The notes beneath the pieces were generated by a model, which did no database searches, had not been told where the DNA came from, and worked only from the letters and a program-made list of their open reading frames with translations. Below are positions 53,200 through 63,116 of a DNA stretch of 64,000 bases, one piece after another. The position numbers and the translations under genes are program-made. Position 1 is the first letter of the stretch. Every line of letters starts with the position of its first letter. Source of the DNA: Candidatus Falkowbacteria bacterium (GTDB lineage: Bacteria; Patescibacteriota; Patescibacteriia; Patescibacteriales; UBA12075); the NCBI GenBank assembly GCA_003514005.1, contig DOSJ01000004.1:37533-101532 (forward strand), given 5' to 3'.

Positions 53200-54546
53200 A
53201 TGGAATTTATAAAAAATAAAAAAGAATTAGGGATTACACGGATGCGAGAGCGGGCGTTGAGTTTTTTGGAGGCCGGTCTTTTTGCGATTGATCCGTTTTC
53301 TTTAATGAAAAAATCTTTGTTGTACAGTGAAAAATTCAATTGTTTAACTGTGCAGAATACGGAATTTAATATTATTAGCGGACGGATTTTTGTTGTGGGC
53401 GGCGGTAAAGCGGCCGGACGGATGGCTGAGGCTTTGGAGGATGTTATCGGTGAAAAAAATATTACCGCGGGTTTTGTTAATGCATTGGAAAAAAACAGCA
53501 AATTGAAAATAATAAAAGTTACCAAGGCTGGACATCCATTGCCGGATAAAAATGGCGTTTTAGGGGTTGAGAAAATGCTTGCATTAAAAGAGGAATATGA
53601 TATTAATAAAAAAGATCTGGTTGTTGTCCTGCTCTCCGGCGGCGGATCAGCGCTTTTGCCTGCGCCTGTTTCCGGCATCAGTTTGGATGATAAGCAGAAA
53701 ACTACAGATATCCTGATTAAATCAGGCGCGAATATCCGCGAGATTAATACTGTACGCAAACATTTGTCGCGGATAAAAGGCGGACGTTTGGCCGAATATT
53801 TCGCGCCGGCCAAAGTCGTTTCATTGATTATTTCCGATGTATTGGATAATGATCCGCAAACAATCGCATCGGGTCCGGGGGCGATTGACAAGACGGTTTA
53901 TCACGATGCTTACGCGGTTTTGGAAAAATACCAGTTAATCCAAAAAGTGCCGACGGCAGTTGAAAATTATTTAAGAAAGTGCGCGCAAGAAAATGTTCGG
54001 GATACGCCCAAAAAACTTCCCAATGCCAGCAGTTTTATTATCGGTTCCAATCTGGAGCTTTTGGATGCGATGACACTGCTTGCTAAAAAGCAGAAAATGA
54101 AACCGCTCGTCATTACTTCGCGCATGTGCCGTGATGTTCTGACCGAGGCCAAGGAATTGGCAACCGATATTATAGCAGGCAAGTACAAAGATTATGATGT
54201 CTTGTTATTTGCCGGTGAAACTTTGATAAACGTTCTTGGGAAAAGCGGTAAAGGTGGACGCAATCAGCATTTTTCCGCTCTATTCATGCCGTATCTAAAA
54301 AACTTTGACAAAGAATGGGTGCTAGCCAGCATCAGCACGGACGGACGGGATTACATCGCCGGCGTTGGTGGCGCTATTATTGATAACAATTCTCTTCATC
54401 AGGCGCAAAGCGCGAATTTGGCATATGAAAAATATTTGAATGATTTTGATGCCTATAATCTTTTAAAAAAATTGAAAAATTCATTAATCAATACCGAAAA
54501 TACCGGAACGAATGTCGGGGATGCAGGCGTATTTATTTTAAAATAA
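53200..54546 (+). CDS. Glycerate 2-kinase / hydroxypyruvate reductase-like (DUF4147 + MOFRL family)
   Basis: 'VVGGGKAAGRMAEAL', 'GHPLPD', 'LLSGGGSALL', 'INTVRKHLSRIKGG', 'ISDVLDNDPQTIASGP' and 'STDGRD'. Confidence 0.8.
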   Translation: MEFIKNKKELGITRMRERALSFLEAGLFAIDPFSLMKKSLLYSEKFNCLTVQNTEFNIISGRIFVVGGGKAAGRMAEALEDVIGEKNITAGFVNALEKNSKLKIIKVTKAGHPLPDKNGVLGVEKMLALKEEYDINKKDLVVVLLSGGGSALLPAPVSGISLDDKQKTTDILIKSGANIREINTVRKHLSRIKGGRLAEYFAPAKVVSLIISDVLDNDPQTIASGPGAIDKTVYHDAYAVLEKYQLIQKVPTAVENYLRKCAQENVRDTPKKLPNASSFIIGSNLELLDAMTLLAKKQKMKPLVITSRMCRDVLTEAKELATDIIAGKYKDYDVLLFAGETLINVLGKSGKGGRNQHFSALFMPYLKNFDKEWVLASISTDGRDYIAGVGGAIIDNNSLHQAQSANLAYEKYLNDFDAYNLLKKLKNSLINTENTGTNVGDAGVFILK

Positions 54547-54568
54547 TTTTATAATTAATAAAAACTTT

Positions 54569-55720
54569 ATGAAAAATTTTAAACCCATTTTTTTCATTCT
54601 GCTCTTTCTCTTTTTCTTGTCCCCGATTGTCGCATTTGCCTTTACAGCTGAAAAAGGCACCTCAATCTATGTAGGAGAAACAAAAACAATCGAAGGAAAC
54701 TATTTTGTAGCAGCCGCAAATATTACCATCGATGGTCATATAACCGGTGACATTTTTTGCGCTGCGCAATCCGTTGTAATAAATGGTACTGTTGATGGTG
54801 ATGTGATTTGTGTCGGACAGTCTATTAGTGTCAACGGTAAAGTTGGGGGTAGTCTGCGAACAGCGGCAAGCGATATCAATATCCGCGGAACAATTGATCG
54901 CGGAGTTTCACTCGCGGCGGCAAATGTGAATATTGAAAAATCAGGCAAAATCGGCTGGGACGCTTTGATCGCGGCCGCAAACGCGCAAATACGCGGCGAG
55001 CTTGGACGTTCTTTGCATGGCGCCGGCGCTAATTATACCTTGGGTGGAAAAATTGTTGGAGATGTGGACATTTATCTGGATAATAATCAAAAAACAACGA
55101 GCAATGAACTAGTTGTCGGCGAGACCGCGGAGATTGGCGGCAAGCTGAATTATATGAGCAAGACTGATGCAAAAATTTCCGAGCAAGCACAGATTGCGGG
55201 CGAGGTCATTCATAAAGCTTTCCCGGTAAAGAGAGAAAGAAAAGCCGCGAAAGGCGGTTATGCTACCCTTATGTTTATTGCTATGCTTTCCGCCCTGATT
55301 GTCGGGACAGTATTGGTCAAGCTTTGGCGCGCTCCGATTTTAGAGATTACGGAAAACATGCTGAAAAAATTCTGGCCGACATTAGGCTGGGGCTTTGTCC
55401 TAACAATTATTACGCCAATCGCCGCTTTCTTGATCGCGATAACCATTATCGGTGCCAGGCTTGCTTTGATAATTTTTTCCGTCTGGATGCTTATGATGAT
55501 GTTTTCAAAAATTATGGCCGCGATCGCGTTTGGCGTATGGTTGGTAAGGAATTATTGGTCAGCTAAAAAAGATTCGTTAATTACCGCTATGGTTCTCGGC
55601 ATAATCATATCTTGGCTGATTTTCTATATCCCATTTTTCGGCTTTATTGTTTCGGCTATAGCGCTATGGTGGGGGATGGGCGGATTGCTTGTTTATCTTA
55701 AAAAAAGGTACGAGAAATAA
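54569..55720 (+). CDS. Membrane protein with bactofilin-like (polymer-forming beta-helix) repeats
   Basis: Signal/TM helix, then repeated 'I(D/N)G.(I/V).GD(I/V)' turns ('ITIDGHITGDIFCAAQSVVINGTVDGDVICVGQSISVNGKVGG'), then four to five C-terminal TM helices. Confidence 0.55.
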   Translation: MKNFKPIFFILLFLFFLSPIVAFAFTAEKGTSIYVGETKTIEGNYFVAAANITIDGHITGDIFCAAQSVVINGTVDGDVICVGQSISVNGKVGGSLRTAASDINIRGTIDRGVSLAAANVNIEKSGKIGWDALIAAANAQIRGELGRSLHGAGANYTLGGKIVGDVDIYLDNNQKTTSNELVVGETAEIGGKLNYMSKTDAKISEQAQIAGEVIHKAFPVKRERKAAKGGYATLMFIAMLSALIVGTVLVKLWRAPILEITENMLKKFWPTLGWGFVLTIITPIAAFLIAITIIGARLALIIFSVWMLMMMFSKIMAAIAFGVWLVRNYWSAKKDSLITAMVLGIIISWLIFYIPFFGFIVSAIALWWGMGGLLVYLKKRYEK

Positions 55721-55746
55721 AATTATGTAGATTTTTATAAAAAAAT

Positions 55747-55779
55747 ACGGGCTCGCTTTCAAGCTTGCCCGTTTTTTTT
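55747..55779 (+). terminator. Rho-independent terminator
   Basis: ACGGGC..GCCCGT followed by T8. Confidence 0.85.
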
Positions 55780-55904
55780 GCTGTTTATGCATCCACCTTG
55801 TTTTCTTCCCTTATTTGTTTCTTCTTTTTGTAGTTAAGATGTAATTGCCCTTTTTTACTTTTTATCACATAAATATGTTTTTATAAAGCATTTATTTTTT
55901 TTTG

Positions 55905-56531
55905 TTAGGTTTTACGTCTTGATTTGATTGTTTCTGTAATAAATGGAATAATCGAGATTAAAATAATTGCGATAATAACATATTCAAAATGCGTTTGTAC
56001 AAAAGGAATGGAGCCTAAATAATAACCGGTAAAAACAAAAAGACTTGTCCAAGCGAATGCGCCAGCAATATTGTAAAAAATAAAGGCAGAGTAATGCATT
56101 TTTCCAATTCCAGCAACAAAAGGGGCAAAGGTGCGTATAATTGGAATGAATCTAGCTAGTATAATTGTCATGCCGCCGCGTTTTTCGTAAAATGCTTGGG
56201 CTTTTAGCAGATATGCCTTATTAAAAAGCCGTGAATTGTCTTTTGAAAAAACTTTTGGTCCAACATGGTAGCCGATCATATAGTTTACTGTATCGCCGAT
56301 AATTGCTGCTGCAACAATAACAGTATATATTGTCCAAATATTAAGACTGCCGCTTCCGGCAAATGCGCCAGCGGCAAATATTAAAGAATCGCCTGGCAAA
56401 AAAGGCGTAACCACTAAGCCGGTTTCGGCAAATATGATCAAAAAGATAAACACATAAGTTCCTGAACCGAATAATGTTATTATACTTGCCAAATATTTGT
56501 CGATGTGTAGGATAAATTTGATTATTTCCAT
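55905..56531 (-). CDS. DedA-family membrane protein
   Basis: 'FAETGLVVTPFLPGDSLIFAAGAFA' and 'RFIPIIRTFAPFVAG' are DedA/SNARE-associated signatures. Confidence 0.85.
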   Translation of the reverse strand: MEIIKFILHIDKYLASIITLFGSGTYVFIFLIIFAETGLVVTPFLPGDSLIFAAGAFAGSGSLNIWTIYTVIVAAAIIGDTVNYMIGYHVGPKVFSKDNSRLFNKAYLLKAQAFYEKRGGMTIILARFIPIIRTFAPFVAGIGKMHYSAFIFYNIAGAFAWTSLFVFTGYYLGSIPFVQTHFEYVIIAIILISIIPFITETIKSRRKT

Positions 56532-56648
56532 TTTATTTCAGTTAATTTTTTAATACTTTTTTAGTATAACATTAAAATTGAAAAATAAAAATGCCAGAAG
56601 TTCGCTGTTGATTTTCTCGTTAATAAAGACTAAAATGAAAACATCTTT

Positions 56649-57362
56649 ATGAATAACCAAAAAATAAAAGTCTCAAAAAATGGTCCATATCTGGTGTCTG
56701 GAAAAATACCGCTTGCCAAGGAAATTGCAATTGGAAATGCTAATAATGGCCCGACAGATTGGGTGCGGGAGGAGGAAATGGAGGTTTTGGAAAATTATGC
56801 CTTGTGTCGTTGTGGTCATTCGCGCAACAAACCATTTTGTGATGGCACGCATCAAAAAATATATTTTGTTGCGTTGGATATTATTGACCAGCAACTATTT
56901 ACTGAGAAAGCTAGTAAAATAGTAGGACCAGAACTGGATCTGTATGATTATCAAAAACTCTGTTCTGGTGCTAGGTTTTGTCATCTGGGACAAAGCACCT
57001 GGAATGACGTGATCAATTCAAATAATCTAGAAGCCAAGCAAAATGCTATCCGGTCTGCCTGTAATTGTCCTTCGGGTCGTTTGGTAGTTGTAGATAAACA
57101 AACTGGAAAAATGATTGAACCAGATTATCAGCCAGTAATTGGTATTACCGAAGATCCGTTAGCCGGTGTTAGTGGGCCGCTAGCAGTGAAAGGTAATATT
57201 GAAATCGAAACTTCTGATGGTGAAAAATATGAAACCAGAAATCGTGTTACGCTTTGCCGTTGCGGACTATCAAAAAATATGCCTTTTTGTGATGCAAAAC
57301 ACTTGGGTTCGTCATTTAATGATGGGGATAAAAGTTTGAAACCCAAAAGAAATAACGAATAA
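56649..57362 (+). CDS. CDGSH iron-sulfur domain protein (two CDGSH motifs)
   Basis: 'CRCGHSRNKPFCDGTH' and 'CRCGLSKNMPFCDAKH'. Confidence 0.85.
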   Translation: MNNQKIKVSKNGPYLVSGKIPLAKEIAIGNANNGPTDWVREEEMEVLENYALCRCGHSRNKPFCDGTHQKIYFVALDIIDQQLFTEKASKIVGPELDLYDYQKLCSGARFCHLGQSTWNDVINSNNLEAKQNAIRSACNCPSGRLVVVDKQTGKMIEPDYQPVIGITEDPLAGVSGPLAVKGNIEIETSDGEKYETRNRVTLCRCGLSKNMPFCDAKHLGSSFNDGDKSLKPKRNNE

Positions 57363-57488
57363 GAAGAATTAAATTAATTTAATTACTTTTTAATTAAAAA
57401 TTCATTACTTTGTGTTATATTAATAATGAAAGAGAAGAGGACGCAAATACGTCCTTTTAACTGACGTTTAGCGCCAGTATCTATTTCA

Positions 57489-57533
57489 AAAAAATAAAAA
57501 AAGACGTAGTTAAAACCATGGTAGGTCTACGTC
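57489..57533 (-). terminator. Rho-independent terminator of the SHOCT gene
   Basis: GACGTAG..CTACGTC stem, followed on the - strand by T7AT4. Confidence 0.7.
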
Positions 57534-57569
57534 AATTTTTAATTGCGGTTTGATTTTTTATGTATAAAA

Positions 57570-57815
57570 CTATATCAAATCTTTCTTCTTCTCTTCAAAC
57601 TCTTTTTTATCAATCTCGCCTTTTGCATAGCGCTCTTTCAGAATATTCAATGCTGAGTTATTTTTTTCTTGTGAATGATTGCACCATTTTCCACTATGCC
57701 CAGACGCCATGCGTACAAAAGTGACAATCGCAAAAATGATCATTCCCCAAAAGAGTATCATAAAAATCGGTCCCAAAAAACCGTAGTCAAAAGGCGAGTA
57801 TCCAAAGTTCATCAT
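57570..57815 (-). CDS. Small membrane protein with C-terminal SHOCT domain
   Basis: One TM helix, then 'ALNILKERYAKGEIDKKEFEEKKKDL'. Confidence 0.75.
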   Translation of the reverse strand: MMNFGYSPFDYGFLGPIFMILFWGMIIFAIVTFVRMASGHSGKWCNHSQEKNNSALNILKERYAKGEIDKKEFEEKKKDLI

Positions 57816-57971
57816 ATTATTATAATTATTTAATTAATTGGAATTGTTAATTTCCTCTACTATTTATAATAGCTTTTTAATATTAAGAATAGATTAATAC
57901 GATAATTGTATTAATCTTTATGCATGATGTATAATGATTGTATTATATAGATTAATAATTAAACTAATTTT

Positions 57972-58466
57972 ATGAAAAAAATATTCTTAACACTGATACT
58001 TTCAATATTAATCAGTGGTTGCAGTCACACTAGTATTGTAAATACAGAGCCGGCTTTAAATAATACTTCTTCAGCGCCGGCTATTCAGACAGATAATGTT
58101 TTGAATCTGAGCCAAAAAAATTTAACAAAAATCGATATGTCTGTTTTTGATAAAACTGATCTGGTAGAACTAGATATTTCCAATAACCAATTAATCGGCG
58201 CACTGCCCTCGCAAATCGGGAAGTTAAAAAATCTAAAAGTACTTAAAGCCGGTAATAATCAAATGACCGGAGTGCCCGCAGAAATCGGTCAATTGAACAA
58301 TCTGGAAATATTAGATTTATCTAATAATCAACTGACTGGTTTACCAAATGAATTGGCAAATCTTAAAAACCTGAAAACTTTGAACCTGTCCGGTAATCAG
58401 TACTCCGAACAAGATTTAAATATCATTCGTAATAGTTTGCCAAATGTTAATTATATTTTAAAATAA
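57972..58466 (+). CDS. Leucine-rich-repeat lipoprotein
   Basis: Lipobox 'LISGC'. Four to five 23-aa LRRs ('LxxLxLSNNQLTGLPxELxNLKNLK'). Confidence 0.85.
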   Translation: MKKIFLTLILSILISGCSHTSIVNTEPALNNTSSAPAIQTDNVLNLSQKNLTKIDMSVFDKTDLVELDISNNQLIGALPSQIGKLKNLKVLKAGNNQMTGVPAEIGQLNNLEILDLSNNQLTGLPNELANLKNLKTLNLSGNQYSEQDLNIIRNSLPNVNYILK

Positions 58467-58488
58467 ATAATAATTTTGACATATGCAC

Positions 58489-58638
58489 GACTTACGCATC
58501 CGTTGTTTAATTCGAAAAGTATTTGCTGATATTTTATAATTATTCGATTTGGGCGACTGCACCTTCCATACGCCCCATGAGAAGAATTATAAAATATCAG
58601 CAAATACGGTGGTTGCATAAAAATCAAACGCGTAAGTC
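58489..58638. other. ~150-nt extended hairpin (possible sRNA, MITE or bidirectional terminator)
   Basis: Outer stem GACTTACGC/GCGTAAGTC. The middle stem is 26/27 bp (58519-58545 / 58581-58607). Apical stem GGGCG/CGCCC. It lies between convergent genes. Confidence 0.8.
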
Positions 58639-58696
58639 CTAATTTGCAAAAATAGAAAAAAATAAAATGTAAAGATAAATTAGAAAAATCCTGTTA

Positions 58697-58725
58697 ATAA
58701 AAAAACTCCTCAAAAGAGGAGTTTT
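58697..58725. terminator. Bidirectional rho-independent terminator
   Basis: ACTCCTC-AAAA-GAGGAGT flanked by an A-run and a T-run. Confidence 0.8.
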
Positions 58726-58743
58726 AAAAATTTGTAATATAAA

Positions 58744-59100
58744 TTATAAATATTTTTTTGCCAATTCAATAAAGTCGGTTTTATCCAAATCATTTTTGTT
58801 GATTATTTTTTCCGCACCCAGTTTTCTGACTTTGGCTATATTTTCTGCATCTTCAACAGCAGTAACAACGATTACCGGAATATTTTTGGTTCTTTCATTT
58901 TCTTTAAGCTCTTTGAGGGTTTCAAAGCCGTCTTTTGATGGCATTATCAGATCAAGAAATATTAAAATCGGTATTGCCACCTTTGCTTTTCCCAGCGCCT
59001 GGTTACCGTTTTCCGCTTCAATAATTTCTATGCCCTCAATTGTTCCAAGCTGGCTCTTGATTACTGTACGCGCAAAATTTTGATCATCTCCGATAAGAAT
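58744..59100 (-). CDS. Stand-alone response-regulator receiver domain (no canonical start codon)
   Basis: The frame is open from 59103: 'KILIGDDQNFARTV...ILIFLDLIMPSKDG...VVVTAV...' with the DD pocket, phospho-acceptor Asp, Thr and Lys. The only canonical start (GTG at 58980) would delete beta1/alpha1. A TGCTATAAT promoter lies at ~59144-59136. Confidence 0.55.
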   Translation of the reverse strand: MLIGDDQNFARTVIKSQLGTIEGIEIIEAENGNQALGKAKVAIPILIFLDLIMPSKDGFETLKELKENERTKNIPVIVVTAVEDAENIAKVRKLGAEKIINKNDLDKTDFIELAKKYL

Positions 59101-59390
59101 TTTTTATAATTTTTTGATTATTTATAAATTATGTTTTAATTATAGCATATTTTTTAAATACAATCTATTTATTTTTCAAATATGATATTTTTAAATCATC
59201 TTAAGTAGCATGTTTTTGCTTGGCTTAGAAAAATAATTATATTAATGATACAATAATATTAACAGTTATGTTAATAATTAGGTATCACAAAATATGTATG
59301 AAAATCAACTAAACGAGTATATTAAAGAATTTGAAAATGAATTAAAAGTATTTTTACCAAAAAAATATTATCCAATCATTAATCAACTAT

Positions 59391-59962
59391 ATGAGCAACT
59401 TGGAAAAACAATTAAATAAAATAAAAAAGAGTTATTTTTCTTTTGCAGATTTGCGGAAAATATCATTGTTAGATGATGCAGGTTTAAGAGTTGCAATTAG
59501 TCGTCTAGTTAAAGCTGAAAAATTATATAAAATTTACAAAGGCTATTATTGTTTGGACAAATCAAGAGTAGACTTGTAAAAAATAGCATTAGAAATTTAT
59601 AAACCATGCTATTTGTCTTTTGAATGGGTGTTGGGAAGATATAATATTCTTAGTCAAAAATCATATGCTTTAACTTTGGCGACTACCAAACGCGCCTCCG
59701 CAAAAGAGGTTTGCGATACGGTCCTAAATTATCATCACATTCAGAAAAATTTATTTTTTGGTTATAATTTAAAAGATGGTTATTTGATTGCCGAACCGGA
59801 AAAAGCTTTTTTGATTTGGCTTATTTGTCATTAAATGGTTATGCCAATTTTGATATAGAAGAAATGAATCTTATATTGCTTGATAAAAAAAGGATTAAAT
59901 ATTTTTTAAAAAAGTTTAAAAATAAGAGATTGGATGGATTGATTGGAAAAGTATTAAAATAA
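59391..59962 (+). pseudogene. Decayed AbiEi-like antitoxin gene (in-frame stop plus frameshift), no partner toxin
   Basis: Homologous to 9961-10596 ('YLSFEWVLGRYNILSQ' vs 'YLSLEYIMSKYQLLSE'). TAA at 59577-59579 is in frame. The T6 run at 59807-59812 needs one more T to continue into '..DLAYLSLNGYANFDIEEMN..'. Confidence 0.7.
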
Positions 59963-60112
59963 TAATTTGAAATAGTACAAAAATACTCTTTGTAAATCCA
60001 TAATAAAACTGTCCCATGAAAGACAGTTTTATTTTTGGGTCGGCTAATCGAGAAAATTGGAAAACATTTTTATTGGATAATATTTACTCTATCGGGAAAA
60101 TAATTATATCGA

Positions 60113-60619
60113 TTATTTTATTTCACACACCATCTCGTATTCATCATAATATTTTCCATCACCTAATAACTGATCTTTATGAGTATCCAAAATGGTAAAA
60201 CCTAATTTTTTATACAATGAAATGGCGGCAAGTTGATCTACGTTAACCCTTAAAAATGCCTTAAGGGTTTTTCTGATTTTTAACTCTTCTCTTATTGATG
60301 ATAATAATTTATTTCCGATGCCTTTCCCTCTATTGTTTGGCTTTGTATAAATTGCAATTATATTCCATTCATTATTTTCTTCTTGAAAGGCGCCACCTAT
60401 AGCAACAAGCTTTTCGTCAATTTGAGCTGCGTAGTAAAACTTACTACTTTTGCTTGATTCAATATCTTTGAACTTTTTTTGCCAATCTTCATCGCTTCTT
60501 TTAAATTCGGTGTCATAAGAACTGCCAAAAGCACTCGGTTCATTTTTTAAAGCCTCAAGGCGAATTTCTTTATATAATTTCCAATCCGATTTTTTTAGTT
60601 TTTTTATTTTATAGTTCAT
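60113..60619 (-). CDS. GNAT-family N-acetyltransferase
   Basis: 'IIAIYTKPNNRGKGIGNKLLSSI' acetyl-CoA-binding motif (Q/RxxGxG/A). Confidence 0.85.
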   Translation of the reverse strand: MNYKIKKLKKSDWKLYKEIRLEALKNEPSAFGSSYDTEFKRSDEDWQKKFKDIESSKSSKFYYAAQIDEKLVAIGGAFQEENNEWNIIAIYTKPNNRGKGIGNKLLSSIREELKIRKTLKAFLRVNVDQLAAISLYKKLGFTILDTHKDQLLGDGKYYDEYEMVCEIK

Positions 60620-60773
60620 ATGATTGGTCTAATGTTGGTTTTCATTATTTCCTATTTTTTTTAAAGTTTATTGACTACAAGGAATTTGTGAATAAGATGG
60701 GCTATTTAAGATTTTCTAAAATATAGAGATTATATGACTAATGTTAGAGAAAGTCTGAAGGGAATATATGATT

Positions 60774-62123
60774 TTACTTTTTCTTAAATAATTCATTTAT
60801 TTTTTCAGTTGGATAATAAAAAACATTTCTGCCTTCTTTTTGCGCGGTTAAGAACCCATTGCCTTCTAGTTCCCTTAAGTCTTTTATAGCTGTCATTTTA
60901 GCAACTTGAAATATATTAATGTGCGTCTTCATGTTGGTCCGCTCATCTGGATCACCACAAAAATATTGTAAAACCTGTATTTGCCTTTCATTGAATTTGT
61001 ATTTAACTTTTACTTCCTTATTTATTTCTTTATTGTTTTTAGATTGTGTCTCGACATAGTTTTGAAAATCTACCATTGCTTGTTTGATTTTCTTGATATT
61101 ATAGTCAATAAAGTAGGTCAAATCATTATCGTCTTGTTCACTGTATACATAGGCCATTTTATATTGGACGGGGGATTTTTTTATAATTGCAGATATAGGT
61201 AGGTAGGCAAATGCCCAATAATCATGTTTTAGTAAGTACCAATAAAATAAAAGTCTAGCTAAACGACCATTACCATCAGTGAATGGGTGAAGAAATCCAA
61301 GCCAAAAATGAAGCATTATTGCCTTGATTACGGGATGAATAAAATGATCACCTTCAAGTCCATCGTTCGCAAATTTAAAAAAATTTTTCAATTCTTTTTT
61401 AACAAAACATATGTCAGGTGCTGTATGATAAATTTCTCCATTTGATCTATCTGCTACATAAATTAAGTCCTTTGCTGTCCTTAACATGGGAATTTTGCCA
61501 TCACCATCCACTGTATTTTTCGTAATCATCCCTTGAAGCTCTGATAACAGCTCCATGCCCATCTTTTTGTCTCTGTATTTTTCTTCTAATGCAAGCATCG
61601 TTTGGTAATTATTCATTATCATTTGCTCTGATTCATTTCTTGGCTTTCTTCCTTCTTTAATCATTTTTTTTGCAACCTGCCTGCTTGTGACAGCACCCTC
61701 AAGTTGAGAGGATGCAATTGCCTCTTCCATAATTCCTCTTGATATAAATTTTTGTTTATTCTTAATATCGCTTTCTTTTTTTGTGATCGCTAATTCCCCT
61801 CCCAGATTAAGATCAAGGTTATGAAAAAAAGCTTCATAACTTGGTAGTTTATGCCATTTGAAATTCTTGTCGCTTATGTCTTTAATATCAGTTGATAACG
61901 ATGAAGATTCGCGAATAAATTTAATTATCATCCATAAAATTTCTGGTTTAATATTTTTCGGCATTGGTTTTTTATATTGCACCTTGTCCCAATAAAGATA
62001 TTCTGGTTCATTTGATTTTTTAACAAAATCAAAAATTTCATCCTTTTTTTTATTAAGCAATGCCTCAGAGAATTCTTCTTTTTTTATTTTATTTAAATTT
62101 GGTTTTTTAAGTTTATAATGCAT
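60774..62123 (-). CDS. Fic-family protein (class II, N-terminal inhibitory helix) with C-terminal wHTH
   Basis: Fic motif 'HPFTDGNGRLARLL'. The upstream 'SSQLEGA' matches the (S/T)xxxE(G/N) auto-inhibition motif. Confidence 0.85.
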   Translation of the reverse strand: MHYKLKKPNLNKIKKEEFSEALLNKKKDEIFDFVKKSNEPEYLYWDKVQYKKPMPKNIKPEILWMIIKFIRESSSLSTDIKDISDKNFKWHKLPSYEAFFHNLDLNLGGELAITKKESDIKNKQKFISRGIMEEAIASSQLEGAVTSRQVAKKMIKEGRKPRNESEQMIMNNYQTMLALEEKYRDKKMGMELLSELQGMITKNTVDGDGKIPMLRTAKDLIYVADRSNGEIYHTAPDICFVKKELKNFFKFANDGLEGDHFIHPVIKAIMLHFWLGFLHPFTDGNGRLARLLFYWYLLKHDYWAFAYLPISAIIKKSPVQYKMAYVYSEQDDNDLTYFIDYNIKKIKQAMVDFQNYVETQSKNNKEINKEVKVKYKFNERQIQVLQYFCGDPDERTNMKTHINIFQVAKMTAIKDLRELEGNGFLTAQKEGRNVFYYPTEKINELFKKK

Positions 62124-62336
62124 ATTTTTAAATAGGTCTAATTATACCTTTACTATACCTATAGTATACCTATTTATACATATTGTCAATAGGTCTAATT
62201 ACATATTTATAACACAAAAACCCGCTATTTCGCGGGTTTTGTGTAAAGTTAAATTTAACTTCGAGTGGGTTGGCATTCGATAAAGTCGGAAAACTTTTTT
62301 GATGGATTTTATAGTGAGCCAAAATTTTTAATTGAT

Positions 62337-63116
62337 TCATGTTTTATTTATAACATCACCATATCTTTCAGATCGCTCCCAACATAACTTTAAAAAATCT
62401 TCAAACGAGTTCTTGCTTGTTAAATGTTTTTTATATAAATTTTCAAAATAAGGAATCAGTTTTTTACCACCGATTTTAATATCTTGAAATTCTTTATAAC
62501 CAGGCGAATATGCTTTAACCATTTTATGTATTTCTGGATGATGATTTGAAATAATGGGTGCTAATATTTCGCTCAGTTTCCAAACAAGATAAGGCGAGTC
62601 CATTTCTTTTCTTTTGGTATTTGGAAATACCTCTAACCATTTTTTAAAATGCAAGAAATGCATTATCTCATGCGTGGCAATTCTTCTCATGTATTCCGGT
62701 CTGTTATATTGGACGTTAAATGACCACTCGTCAAGAAAGCGAGGACAAATCGGATTTATTGAAACATACGCAATGATTATTTTTTTATTTTTTGGGTAAT
62801 TCGTTTCAAAATGCTTTGATAAAATTTTTAAATATTTTTCACCAAATTTATCCCACTCCTTTTGAAAATCAGCAACAGCGCCTTTAAGTTCTTTTTTATT
62901 TTCTTTAATAAACTTATTTGCATATTTACTACACTGATCAAAAAACTTATCTTTGTTTTTTATGCCAACTACTAGTTTTTTTAACTCTGGATGTTGTTTA
63001 TAAACTCTACCGCTCCAATCCCAGCCAGTTGGTCTTGGATGACAAAAACCATAAAGCATATTTGCTTCTCTTTCAAGCGTTGGAAGTTTGAATTTTATTT
63101 TTGGAATACACATCAT
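62337..63116 (-). CDS. Hypothetical protein with HExxH motif (possible zinc metallopeptidase)
   Basis: 'RRIATHEIMHFLHF'. No other recognisable features. Confidence 0.35.
   Translation of the reverse strand: MMCIPKIKFKLPTLEREANMLYGFCHPRPTGWDWSGRVYKQHPELKKLVVGIKNKDKFFDQCSKYANKFIKENKKELKGAVADFQKEWDKFGEKYLKILSKHFETNYPKNKKIIIAYVSINPICPRFLDEWSFNVQYNRPEYMRRIATHEIMHFLHFKKWLEVFPNTKRKEMDSPYLVWKLSEILAPIISNHHPEIHKMVKAYSPGYKEFQDIKIGGKKLIPYFENLYKKHLTSKNSFEDFLKLCWERSERYGDVINKT

Noticed and set aside
53133-53891. A 252-aa minus-strand ORF overlapping the glycerate kinase gene.
   Set aside because: It is low-complexity and Ser/Pro/Phe-rich, and it is antisense to a plus-strand ORF with clear MOFRL-family motifs. 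It is a typical shadow ORF. The same reasoning applies to all antisense or off-frame ORFs listed inside the giant genes, and to 1039-1353 and 1224-1481 opposite the exonuclease gene.
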